Part shown: one piece after another, positions 44,249 to 54,348 of the stretch | Layout of the letters: every line of letters begins with the position of its first letter | Numbering within the stretch: the stretch's first letter is position 1 | Assembly (NCBI GenBank): GCA_963786955.1 | Contig: CAWBAT010000006.1 | Location: 672,001 to 736,000, forward strand | Source of the DNA: an uncultured Acidimicrobiia bacterium | GTDB lineage: Bacteria > Acidobacteriota > Terriglobia > Versatilivoradales > Versatilivoraceae | Length of the DNA: 64,000 nt | Direction: 5' to 3' | Notes under the pieces: generated by a model | What the model was told of the DNA's origin: nothing | Database searches by the model: none | Seen by the model: the letters and a program-made list of their open reading frames with translations, nothing else | Position numbers and translations under genes: made by a program

Positions 44249-45954
44249 CTAGTTCTTTTCCATACTCTCTTCAATCTTAAGCAACTCATTCAACTTCGGC
44301 TCAAGGACCTATTTGCTTGTGGCCTCCAGGCCAGGTAATCTCGATTTCTTTGATTTTATTCTCCGCCCCCAATCCAAAAAAGACCCTCTGGTCGCTGGCG
44401 GAAACATAACTCGAGGTCGTGCTTACCATATTGTACTGGACTTTTCCACTTTCACTGGTCAACTTCAGGCGGGCCCCGATTCCCGTTACGATTACTCTTA
44501 ATGCCACGGACTTCGACTGCGATCCAATTGTTCCGGTTGCCTCCGTCATTCCGGATGTAATACGAAGATCCATTACAATTGGAAACCACGATATCAATGT
44601 CGCCGTCATTGTCGAGATCGCCGAAAGCAGCGCCGCGACCGGCCCAAGTTTGTTGAAATGTGCCTCCAGAAACATCGGATACGTCCACGAACTTGTTATT
44701 TACGTTCCGGAAGAGCGAAGGCTTTTGCATGGATCGGAGATGGGGCTGAGTATTCTCGATATTATCCATGACATGCCCGTTGGCAATGAATAAGTCCTTG
44801 AAGCCATCGTTGTCGTAGTCAAAGATACGCAAACCCCATCCCGAGAGAAGTCTGGTAATTTCTCCCAAGCCCGAGATCAGCGTTGCGTAGGTAAAGCTCT
44901 CGTCGCCATTATTGTGAAAGTAAGCATAACTTTCGTTAGACAAAGCGGTTGTAACGATATCCGGAAAGCCGTCGTTATCTAAATCCACAAAGTCCGTTCC
45001 CATGCCAGAAAAGGTCTTACCATCTTCCGTAAACCCCATACCCGCCAGGACCGCTATTTCTTCAAACGTCCCATTCCCGTTGTTTTTGAACAGAAACTGT
45101 TGGACCTGGTCGTTGGCGACCTCAACATCTATAAACCCATCATTATTGAAGTCGGCGAAAGCGACGCCCAGTCCTTTTCCAGGACTATCCGCAATATGGC
45201 TTGTCTTGGAGACATCCGTGAAAGTCCCATCTCCATTATTCCGAAATAAGTAGTTGGAGATCGACTTGAAATTATCTGGATGACAATAGGCTCTTCCCCC
45301 GGGGATCTTGGGGCCACAATTAATGTTTAGGGAGAAGTTCCACACCATGTACCGGGTCACAAAAAGATCCAGAAACCCATCGTTGTTGTAGTCAAAGAAT
45401 CCGGCACTACAAGCCCACCCTTTCACATCCATTTTCGATTGAACGGTCACGTCGCTAAATGTCCCGTCTCCATTATTTCTGTAAAGGATTGACTGTCCGA
45501 AATTAGAGACAAACAGATCCATATGCCCATCATTATCATAATCGCCTACGGCAGCCCCCATTCCATAGCCCTTGCCGCGAAGGCCGGTTTTCTCAGTGAC
45601 ATCGGAAAAAGTTCCATCCTGGTTGTTGTGAAACATCCGATTCCAGAATTCTGGAGCGGATTTGTCGAGTATTTCATTATCGGGCTGAGGGTCATTAAGT
45701 TTTGCACCATTGACGAAGAAAACATCTTCCCACCCGTCTCCGTCGTAGTCGATGAGAGCCACTCCTCCGGTCATGGTTTCAATCAAATACTTTTCCGAAG
45801 TCTTTGAATTTCGATGCAAAAAGCGCAGCCCGGAACTCGCCGTAGCATCGACATAGGTGACAGAGGCCTTCTCTGCGCGGGATAGAGTTGGGGAAAATCC
45901 TACAATCAAGAGCGTCAGCACGAAGAAGGCTGGAATTTTAAGAAGTTTCATCAT
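44249..45954 (-). CDS. CRTAC1-like FG-GAP/ASPIC-UnbV protein (frameshifted)
   Basis: Same repeat motifs; GRGAAFGDLDNDGD; FFGLG...WPGG. Confidence 0.88.
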
Positions 45955-46807
45955 TCTTTGTTTTCTTACGAGAGCGTGCAATAAGATCCTGCCACAAGGC
46001 CGCATCATATTGCTGGGGTCCCGGATACAAGGGGTGCCCTCTTTTTCCGTACTGAGGGAAGACAAGCTTCTCGAGAACTACCTTCCCTAAATAAGTCTCC
46101 GGCTCAGCAACAATGATATGGGGATGAGGTCTGTCAACAATCTTCAGCCCGGCGCTTCTCACCATCGCGGCTAGGGCATTATAGTTGGGGAACCACCAAT
46201 TTGTCGCATCTCCATTATAAAGGTCTTCGACAAATATCAATTTCGGATAGGCGGGGTTTTCCAGTAATGAGTCCTCCGTATAGCGCTGATAATCGGGCTT
46301 ATAGATATAGTCCTGATCTTCTCCACCGATCACATTCGATTGGATATAGATGCGCTCCTTAGTCATCTCGGCCAAACGATCAAGCACCAAACCAGGATAT
46401 TTTAAATGGTAAAGCAGTCCCAGAAATAAGACATAATCAAAACGTTCCTCGGTGGTCAGACAGTATACGTGCGCATCCTGGTTGACAAGCTCCAGCTCTA
46501 CATTAAACTGCTCGGCTGCAAAATCTGCCTGCCGGAGAAACTCGACAAACGGATCGACGAGCACGCAGCGTTCAGCCCCCCGCAGTTTCATCTGAATGGA
46601 GAAGTACCCGCAATTTCCACCCAAATCCAGAACCGTCTTACCTTTAAGCTCTTCCGGGACAAAGGGTTTGATAAGATTCCAACGGGTTTCCGCATCATAC
46701 CCTGGTTCCTGCCCAGTCCCCGTTCGAACCCCATTCGGAAACGAGAAATGGAGATACCACCATCCCAGGCTTTGCATCTGTTGTTCAACCTCTTCACGTG
46801 TTCTCAT
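45938..46807 (-). CDS. SAM-dependent methyltransferase (CmoB/DUF1698-like)
   Basis: GKTVLDLGGNCGYFS, FDYVLFLGLLYHLKYP, TNWWFPN. Confidence 0.82.
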   Translation of the reverse strand: MRTREEVEQQMQSLGWWYLHFSFPNGVRTGTGQEPGYDAETRWNLIKPFVPEELKGKTVLDLGGNCGYFSIQMKLRGAERCVLVDPFVEFLRQADFAAEQFNVELELVNQDAHVYCLTTEERFDYVLFLGLLYHLKYPGLVLDRLAEMTKERIYIQSNVIGGEDQDYIYKPDYQRYTEDSLLENPAYPKLIFVEDLYNGDATNWWFPNYNALAAMVRSAGLKIVDRPHPHIIVAEPETYLGKVVLEKLVFPQYGKRGHPLYPGPQQYDAALWQDLIARSRKKTKNDETS

Positions 46808-46969
46808 ATTTATCCTCTCCGAGTTATATTCATCGCATGTGCTGGAACCCCTGTCAATAGAAGCTATTGAGTTAAGCCCTCCCATTTTCAAGAATTGACT
46901 TTCTCATGGAGTAAGAATAGCCCTTGCATTCCTCTCTAGAATCCCCTCCGCCAGAGACTCAAGTGTTCA

Positions 46970-47137
46970 GTAATGCGTTAGTTACGGGGGGAAATCTGTA
47001 AGGGCAAGGCCTTCGGTGACGATTTGAGATTGTCGCTTCTGTAGCGGCTGAGTGGGTAGGGACGGACCGCCGGGCCGTCCGTGGCGCGCTCGGCGAGCGC
47101 GCCCTACCAGAAATTCCCCCGATAACTAACGCATAAC
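46970..47137. mobile_element. MITE with ~29-bp TIRs, 8-bp target duplication and internal GTAG-REP doublet
   Basis: TIRs GTAATGCGTTAGTTACGGGGGGAAATCTG / CAGAAATTCCCCCGATAACTAACGCATAAC; AGTGTTCA at 46962-46969 and 47138-47145; inner GTAGGGACGGACCGCCGGGCCGTCCG...GGCGCGCTCGGCGAGCGCGCCCTAC. Confidence 0.82.
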
Positions 47138-47431
47138 AGTGTTCATGAAATTTAACTGGAAGTGAGAGCCAAACTAAGCTATCTTTTCTTTTTCAAAGTT
47201 CAGTCGCCTGAGGCTCCTTTCCTCCTTCCGGAATATATCAGGCGGCTTCAAGAACCAGACACCTCTAGGAGAGAGTCTGTCGAGTGCCGAAACAGTTTTT
47301 TTCACGAGAGCGTTCACCGGCTGAGACTTTCTCATCTAAGATATTAATGCACTCACAATTAGCACGATTCCAAAGTTCGGTTATTTGCCAATTACTCGAA
47401 TTCTTACACTGAAAGGAGCGTTCGAGCCTAC

Positions 47432-49615
47432 ATGGAACTCAGTTTGATCATCTCCATTAGCCTTCTCGGCTTGCTGTTTGCCCTCTATCTCATTCAGAAC
47501 GTTATGAAACGAGACACGGGAACCCCGCAGATGCGGGAGATCTCAGATGCCATCAAAGCGGGAGCAGAAGCCTTTCTCCGCAGGCAAAATCGCACTATTG
47601 CCTACCTGGCCGTTGCCCTGGCGTGTTTGATCTATATCCTTTACGCTTTTGTGCGCGCTCACAACGTGCACGATCCTGCCAGTGCCCAGAATCTGGCACT
47701 CTGGACGACTCTCTCTTTCGTATTTGGAGCCGCCTGTTCGGTCGCTGCAGGCTATATGGGGATGTGGGTGGCGATTCGGGCAAACATTCGCACGGCATCC
47801 GCAGCCACCCGAAGTATGAATGACGCTCTGCAAACCGCCCTGCGAGGAGGCGCGGTTTCCGGTTTCTTTGTAGTGGCCATGAGTTTGTTGGGTGTTTCCG
47901 GACTATTTGCCCTTGTGAAATTCATGGGGGTTACCTCGGATATCACCAAGATCCCCTTATTGATCGTAGGCTATGGGTTTGGCGCCAGTTTTGTGGCGTT
48001 GTTTGCCCAACTTGGCGGGGGAATTTATACCAAGGCTGCCGACGTGGGCGCTGATCTGGTGGGAAAGGTGGAGGCGGGTATCCCGGAGGACGACCCTCGC
48101 AATCCTGCCGTGATCGCTGATTTGGTCGGCGATAACGTCGGGGATTGTGCCGGCCGTGGCGCTGACCTGTTCGAGTCAACAGCCGCCGAAAACATTGGGG
48201 CCATGATTCTGGCAGCGGCTTTGTATACCAGCAACAAAGCCACCTTTGAAGCTCAAGGCCTAAGCCTGATGGGGATTCTCTTGTTTCCGCTGGTGGCCCG
48301 TGCCTTCGGAATTATCGCTTCGATCATTGGGATCATGACGGTGAGGACCGACGAAAAAGAAGACCCGATGAAGGCACTTAACCGCGGGTACTTCATCACA
48401 GCGGTCCTGGCAATGATCGGGTTTTTTGTCGCTTCCCGCTGGCTGCTGGGACCTCAATACTATTTCAACTTCTTTCTTTGTGGCGTCATTGGAGTTCTGA
48501 CTTCTATCGCTTTCGTCTATATCACCCAATACTATACAGAGTACGCCTACCGGCCGGTAAAGATGATTGCCGAGGCCTCGCAAACTGGCCCCGCAACCAA
48601 TATCATTGCGGGCGTTGCCATAGGGATGGAATCGACCGGTTACCCCATACTCGTGATCAGCACGGCCATTATCAGCGCCTATTATCTGGGGAAACATTCG
48701 GGTTTAGCTGATGCCGGTCTCTTCGGGACTGCAGTCGCCACCATGGGAATGCTGGCTACGGCGGCTTATATTCTTGCCATGGACACGTTCGGGCCAATTA
48801 CAGACAACGCAGGCGGAATCGTGGAGATGAGCCACCAGCCCCAGGAAATTCGAGAGAAAACCGATCGACTGGACTCTGTCGGTAACACGACCAAGGCTCT
48901 GACGAAAGGATATGCAGTCGGTTCGGCTGCACTGGCTGCCTTTCTGCTCTTTGGAGCCTATATCGATGAAGTTCGTAATTACATGCCTTCTTTCCAGCCC
49001 AGCATTAATCTGAATAAGCCGGAAGTATTTGTGGGGGCAATGCTAGGCGCGATGCTGGTCTTCCTCTTTTGCTCCCTGGCCATCAAGGCCGTGGGAAAGG
49101 CCGCTTATTCCATCATCAACAACGTTCGTGAGCAGTTCAAGAACAATCCAGGGATCATGAAAGGAACTTCGAAGCCGGATTATGGAGAATGCGTCGACAT
49201 CGCCACGAAAGCCGCTCTTGGCAAAATGGTTCTGCCTGGCCTGCTGGTGGTAGGAATGACGGTAGGCACCGGGGTTATCTTCCGCTGGATCTATTACGCA
49301 GCGGGAGCCCCTCCGGCCGGAGAACTGGACTTCCGGGCAACCGGGGCCGAAGTTGTGGGTGGCTATTTGATGGTCGGTACGATTACCGGAATCCTGATGG
49401 CCCTGTTCCTGAATAACGGCGGGGGCGCTTGGGACAACGCCAAGAAGTTTATTGAAGCGGGCGCATACGGCGGCAAAAGATCCGATCCACACAAAGCATC
49501 GGTCGTTGGCGATACGGTCGGTGACCCATTCAAAGACACGGCGGGACCTTCCCTCCACGTCCTCATTAAGTTGCTCAGCACGATCACGCTCGTGCTGGCA
49601 CCATTCTTTCTATAG
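47432..49615 (+). CDS. hppA: Membrane-bound cation-translocating pyrophosphatase, K+-independent signature
   Basis: GGGIYTKAADVGADLVGKVE, EDDPRNP, DNVGD, GNTTKA, GDTVGDPFKDTAGP. Confidence 0.96.
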   Translation: MELSLIISISLLGLLFALYLIQNVMKRDTGTPQMREISDAIKAGAEAFLRRQNRTIAYLAVALACLIYILYAFVRAHNVHDPASAQNLALWTTLSFVFGAACSVAAGYMGMWVAIRANIRTASAATRSMNDALQTALRGGAVSGFFVVAMSLLGVSGLFALVKFMGVTSDITKIPLLIVGYGFGASFVALFAQLGGGIYTKAADVGADLVGKVEAGIPEDDPRNPAVIADLVGDNVGDCAGRGADLFESTAAENIGAMILAAALYTSNKATFEAQGLSLMGILLFPLVARAFGIIASIIGIMTVRTDEKEDPMKALNRGYFITAVLAMIGFFVASRWLLGPQYYFNFFLCGVIGVLTSIAFVYITQYYTEYAYRPVKMIAEASQTGPATNIIAGVAIGMESTGYPILVISTAIISAYYLGKHSGLADAGLFGTAVATMGMLATAAYILAMDTFGPITDNAGGIVEMSHQPQEIREKTDRLDSVGNTTKALTKGYAVGSAALAAFLLFGAYIDEVRNYMPSFQPSINLNKPEVFVGAMLGAMLVFLFCSLAIKAVGKAAYSIINNVREQFKNNPGIMKGTSKPDYGECVDIATKAALGKMVLPGLLVVGMTVGTGVIFRWIYYAAGAPPAGELDFRATGAEVVGGYLMVGTITGILMALFLNNGGGAWDNAKKFIEAGAYGGKRSDPHKASVVGDTVGDPFKDTAGPSLHVLIKLLSTITLVLAPFFL

Positions 49616-49659
49616 CCTCTTCCGGCTTGCTGTGACGCTTACTTGCCAATCCCGGCCCT

Positions 49660-49769
49660 GAAGGTGTGAAGGAATTGTAGCGGCGCTCTATGAGCGCCGA
49701 CCAAGTCGTTGAAATAAAAAGAATCCGGCGGTCACAGACCGCCGCTACAACCGATTTTTTCACACCTCC
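49660..49769. mobile_element. MITE-like element enclosing a GTAG-REP doublet
   Basis: Ends GAAGGTGTGAA / TTCACACCTCC; inner TTGTAGCGGCGCTCTATGAGCGCCG...CGGCGGTCACAGACCGCCGCTACAA. Confidence 0.68.
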
Positions 49770-49879
49770 CGTTCCCGAGAGGGGGTTCCTTTCGAACCAC
49801 TCCGTAGAAGTGCGTCGCGAAATAAACACGGTTTTCGCGGCCCAGACATTCACAATGGCTGCGTGCATGGCCAGGATAG

Positions 49880-51880
49880 TTATCCCACATGGATCCTGGG
49901 CCTTTCATACGGGTTGTCGATGGCTTTCCTGAGTACCTCTCGTGTCACTGGAGCTGTGTCTCCTTCCCCCAACACTAGATAGCGCAACAAATAGGCGATC
50001 GGATTCCCTTCGGTCCAACCGAAATAGGCATGTGGTAGCCTTCCCGTCATATCGTGGAGATGCATCAAAAGAGCCGCGATGGCGTTTGGGACCGCCGGGC
50101 TCTTACAACGAAGAATATTATGCCGACCCACTTTGACGCCTCGAACCATCAGTTCATCCGAAAACTCCGAAGCATCCCCTTGAAAAACTTCCAGAAAGAT
50201 GACCGGTTCTTGATCATTTAGGCTATGGTCATCCCTCGCCTGCTGTTCTTTCTTATCGTATTCCTCTGAGGTACGCTTATCCGGGCGATGGGCAATGAGT
50301 CGTACCGGATTCTCTTGGGCGACATCAGCAATCATGAGCTGAGCGCTTTGACTTAGGGTGACTCCTTTGACCCTCAGCTCGGTCAATCGGATGGTTCGTG
50401 AAACCAAGGAAGAGAAGATGATGGCCGCGATGAAAAAAGATGCAATCTTGATGCCTTCAGGGCGCTCGAAGATATTGGCGATCGTGGTGTAAACGAGAAC
50501 TAAAGTCATTCCGAGATAGACCCATTTGGTCTTCTTATACCAATTGGCAATTGTCACCGCAATGGCCGCCGAAGACATCAAGAACAACACTCCCGTTGCA
50601 TAAGCTCCTCCCTGGGCATTCACATCGGCGTCAAATAACAACGTGACTCCAAACGTGATCACGAGAAATACCATAACCAGAGGTCTTCGGGCCCTTGCCC
50701 ACTCCGGCGCCATTCCATAAGGAGGAAGATATCTTGGAACGAGATTGAGCAATCCAGCCATTGCCGACGCCCCGGCAAACCAGAGAATCAAAATCGTTGA
50801 AATGTCGTACATCGTCCCAAAGGCTTCACCTAGATATCGATGTGCCAGAAAAGCCAAGGCACGGCCATTGGCCTCCCCCCCCTCTCCGAATGCTTCTTTG
50901 GGAATGAGAACCGTCGTCACAAAACTGCTGCAAATCAGGAAAAAACTCATGATCAGAGCAGCCGTCACCAGCAGCTTCTTGGTGTTCTTGATTCGACCCG
51001 TGGGATGCTGTTCTGAATCTCCCAGCTCTCCACGAACCAGTGGCATAACGGCCACACCCGTTTCAAATCCAGACAGGCCTAATGCCAGCTTAGGAAAGAG
51101 GAGGAGTCCAACAGCCAACATCATCCAGGGGTTGGTGTACTGGATCTGGAGGAGCGACTTCCAATTATGGATAATCTCCGGATGCAGGAAGACCTGATAA
51201 AAAGTAACTCCCATCAATACAAAGTTGAAGCCCAAGTAAATCATGACGAAAAGAACTGCAATCCCAATAGCCTCCTTGAAGCCTTTCAGGAAAATTCCGC
51301 CCAGGATGGCCAACAACACTAAGGTCACTCCGACTCGGTGGTCAAAAAATTTAGGGACAAATGGGTTCTCGATGATGTGAGCGGTTGCATCCGCCGCAGA
51401 TAGTGTGATCGTAATCACGAAGTCTGTCAGGGCAAAGCCGAGCAGACAAAGGACGAAGGTCTTTCCGCGCCACCGCGGCAGCAACTCCTCCAGCATGACA
51501 ATACTACCCTGGCCATGAGGACTCCGTGATGCCACCTGCCGGTAAATCGGAAGTGCCACGAAAAGGGTCACGAGCACCAGAATCAGCGTCGCTACGGGTG
51601 ACAAGTAGCCCGCCGCCAAAAACGCGATGCCGGGCTGGTACCCCAAGGTCGAAAAATAGTCGACCCCGGTGAGGCACATCACTCGCCACCAGACATCTTT
51701 ATGATACACGGCACCGGTAGGCCCGCGATCAGAAGACATGTGGTCTTCGAAAAACCAATGGGCAAAATTGGACTGGGACTCAGGTTGGGGAGGGACGGAA
51801 CTTCCTCCTCGTGGAATGGAGGATGAGGATTCTTGAGAAGGCTTAAGCGGCATGGGGTCCGCGATGTTGGATGAGTTCAA
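49880..51880 (-). CDS. APC-superfamily transporter (substrate uncertain)
   Basis: [30 protein letters not shown], about 12 TMs plus soluble C-terminal domain. Confidence 0.8.
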   Translation of the reverse strand: MNSSNIADPMPLKPSQESSSSIPRGGSSVPPQPESQSNFAHWFFEDHMSSDRGPTGAVYHKDVWWRVMCLTGVDYFSTLGYQPGIAFLAAGYLSPVATLILVLVTLFVALPIYRQVASRSPHGQGSIVMLEELLPRWRGKTFVLCLLGFALTDFVITITLSAADATAHIIENPFVPKFFDHRVGVTLVLLAILGGIFLKGFKEAIGIAVLFVMIYLGFNFVLMGVTFYQVFLHPEIIHNWKSLLQIQYTNPWMMLAVGLLLFPKLALGLSGFETGVAVMPLVRGELGDSEQHPTGRIKNTKKLLVTAALIMSFFLICSSFVTTVLIPKEAFGEGGEANGRALAFLAHRYLGEAFGTMYDISTILILWFAGASAMAGLLNLVPRYLPPYGMAPEWARARRPLVMVFLVITFGVTLLFDADVNAQGGAYATGVLFLMSSAAIAVTIANWYKKTKWVYLGMTLVLVYTTIANIFERPEGIKIASFFIAAIIFSSLVSRTIRLTELRVKGVTLSQSAQLMIADVAQENPVRLIAHRPDKRTSEEYDKKEQQARDDHSLNDQEPVIFLEVFQGDASEFSDELMVRGVKVGRHNILRCKSPAVPNAIAALLMHLHDMTGRLPHAYFGWTEGNPIAYLLRYLVLGEGDTAPVTREVLRKAIDNPYERPRIHVG

Positions 51881-52067
51881 TATTCAACATGGACCCCCTA
51901 TCTTACCATCACTGGTCAAGCGGTAACGTGTAAAGGTGGGGTGGAGAGCCAATATAATGTTTCGCAACTGCTCCGGGCTTTCTTTTTTCCGGAGAATTCG
52001 CCTTCCGAATGGATTGGGGGGAGAATTCGACCTCAAAGTGGTCGCTTTTCGGCAATGGGGACAAACC

Positions 52068-52105
52068 ATCAAGCCTCTCCTCGAATGGTGGAAGAGAGGC
52101 TTGAT
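52068..52105 (-). terminator. Hairpin downstream of amtB
   Basis: ATCAAGCCTCTC-N14-GAGAGGCTTGAT 12-bp stem; weak U-tract. Confidence 0.55.
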
Positions 52106-52143
52106 AGGAAGACATTAGTGATAGTCCGCAGGCCTGAGTCTTA

Positions 52144-53715
52144 CTAGGGGATATTGGCCATAGCCCCGCGGGAAGAAGCATCACTCATGACATTATCAGG
52201 ATAAGCAGGCACGCCCATCTCAGGCATGTCTAAGCCCTCCACTTCAAATTCTGGAGGAACTCGATTGCCCACTACGGCTCCGAGGATTTTCATGACGATA
52301 TAAGTCACGCCAAAAACCCAGATAATATTCGTTAAAGTACCAATGCACTGGGCAACAAATTGACTCGTGTCACCATAGAGCAGTCCTCGCACAGTCCCTG
52401 AAACTCCATTGAAACCGTCGCCGTAAGTACCGTCAGCAAAGATCCCCAAACTAATCACCCCCCAAGCACCGTTAAGACCATGAACAGTGATCGCGCCAAC
52501 GGGGTCGTCAATCTTCAAGGTGCGTTCAACGAATCCCACCCCCCAGACTAACAAGACACCTGCAACCGACCCGATGAAAACAGCCGAAACGCTATTGACG
52601 AAAGCGCAAGGTGCTGTAATAGCCACCATTCCTGCCAGCAGTCCGTTGGCGGCTAAGGATGGGTCCGGTTTTCCATACTTAATCCAGGCCACCAACATTG
52701 CAGCCATGGCACCTGCGGCTGAGGCGAGCATCGTGTTGACCGCAATGACTGAAATCCTTAAATCGGCTCCTGCCAGGGTACTGCCTGCATTGAACCCAAA
52801 CCAGCCAAAGGCCAGGATGAAACATCCCAAGATCGCCATGGGAATATTATGCCCCGGAATCGCGACTGGTTCGCCCGTTTTGCTATATTTGCCTAACCGG
52901 GGCCCCAGGACTTTGGCTCCAGCCAGAGCGGCCACACCACCAACCATGTGGACGACCGAAGAACCGGCAAAGTCGACATGTCCATGGCCTAATCCAAAAT
53001 TGGAACCAAGCGTTGCGAGCCAGCCCCCACCCCAAACCCAGTTTCCATAAATAGGGTACGTGAACATGGAGATGACAAAACTGAAAAGAACAAATGAAGC
53101 CCACTTCCAGCGCTCGGCCATAGCCCCAGTTGGAATTGTGGCTGCCGTATCCATGAAAACCATTTGAAACAGAAAGATGGCGAAGATAGCCGCATCATAC
53201 GTGGTACCGCTGAGAAAGAAACCTTTGTAGCCGAACAAACCAAATGCCTTCCCAAACAGAGTAATTGTAAACTCCCCGTTTAGAGGAGCCGTCATATTCC
53301 CTACCACGGCCAAAGGGCCAACACCACCCATCTGCAACGCAAATCCACAAATCCAGTATCCGAGCATGCCAATTCCATAAACCATCATATTCATCGCCAT
53401 CGTGTGGCAGGCATTCTTGGCTCGACAAAAACCAGCTTCTGCGAGTGCGAAGCCTGCCTGCATGAACATAACAAGAAAGCCTGCGATCAAGATCCACACA
53501 AAATTGATCGAGATCCGGTTATGTCCGACAGCATCCGCCACTTCCTGGAGGGTGGGATTGCCCACATCCTTGGCGGGAACGTCCTTGATCGTCCCAGTCA
53601 TTGCCCCACCGGGATCTCCGGCCATGAGGGGTTGCGCAAAGGCGACGAGCAATAGCGCCATACAGCCGACAAGTCCAAGGCTCAATAAAATCTGTTTCCG
53701 TTTCATTGTTTCCAC
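52144..53715 (-). CDS. amtB: Ammonium transporter
   Basis: FMQAGFA, GAMAER, DFAGSSVVH, FGWFGFNAGS, IDDPVGAITVHG. Confidence 0.96.
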   Translation of the reverse strand: METMKRKQILLSLGLVGCMALLLVAFAQPLMAGDPGGAMTGTIKDVPAKDVGNPTLQEVADAVGHNRISINFVWILIAGFLVMFMQAGFALAEAGFCRAKNACHTMAMNMMVYGIGMLGYWICGFALQMGGVGPLAVVGNMTAPLNGEFTITLFGKAFGLFGYKGFFLSGTTYDAAIFAIFLFQMVFMDTAATIPTGAMAERWKWASFVLFSFVISMFTYPIYGNWVWGGGWLATLGSNFGLGHGHVDFAGSSVVHMVGGVAALAGAKVLGPRLGKYSKTGEPVAIPGHNIPMAILGCFILAFGWFGFNAGSTLAGADLRISVIAVNTMLASAAGAMAAMLVAWIKYGKPDPSLAANGLLAGMVAITAPCAFVNSVSAVFIGSVAGVLLVWGVGFVERTLKIDDPVGAITVHGLNGAWGVISLGIFADGTYGDGFNGVSGTVRGLLYGDTSQFVAQCIGTLTNIIWVFGVTYIVMKILGAVVGNRVPPEFEVEGLDMPEMGVPAYPDNVMSDASSRGAMANIP

Positions 53716-53825
53716 TCTCTCCTTATTCTGTATTTTGACTCAATACCCTGCTATCGAATGAAGCGTCTCCGCAATGCCTTTCCCTACACATGTTAGGGGG
53801 ATAACAAAACCCTCTTAGTCCATCC

Positions 53826-54233
<408 letters not shown>

Positions 54234-54348
54234 TTAACAAAAAAGAAGATTGGGGCGTCAGCTGTTAGACCATAAGCCCCGTGAAGTCCCCCTTGCCCCA
54301 GGAAGAAAACAAGTGCCCTGGAAGTTCGAACAATTTTCCGAATCCCCT

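Noticed and set aside
42366-45954. Nucleotide repeats in the CRTAC1-like genes
   Set aside because: Explained by FG-GAP-type protein repeats; tandem paralogues are common in this family
51884-52140. c-di-AMP (ydaO) riboswitch before the APC transporter
   Set aside because: Only a simple hairpin is present; conserved ydaO motifs not found
54240-54345. Second ANTAR or sigma54 site before glnK
   Set aside because: A weak GGGGC...GCCCC-U hairpin and a GGCAC exist, but there is no clean AxxG hexaloop pair and no TTGC -12 box
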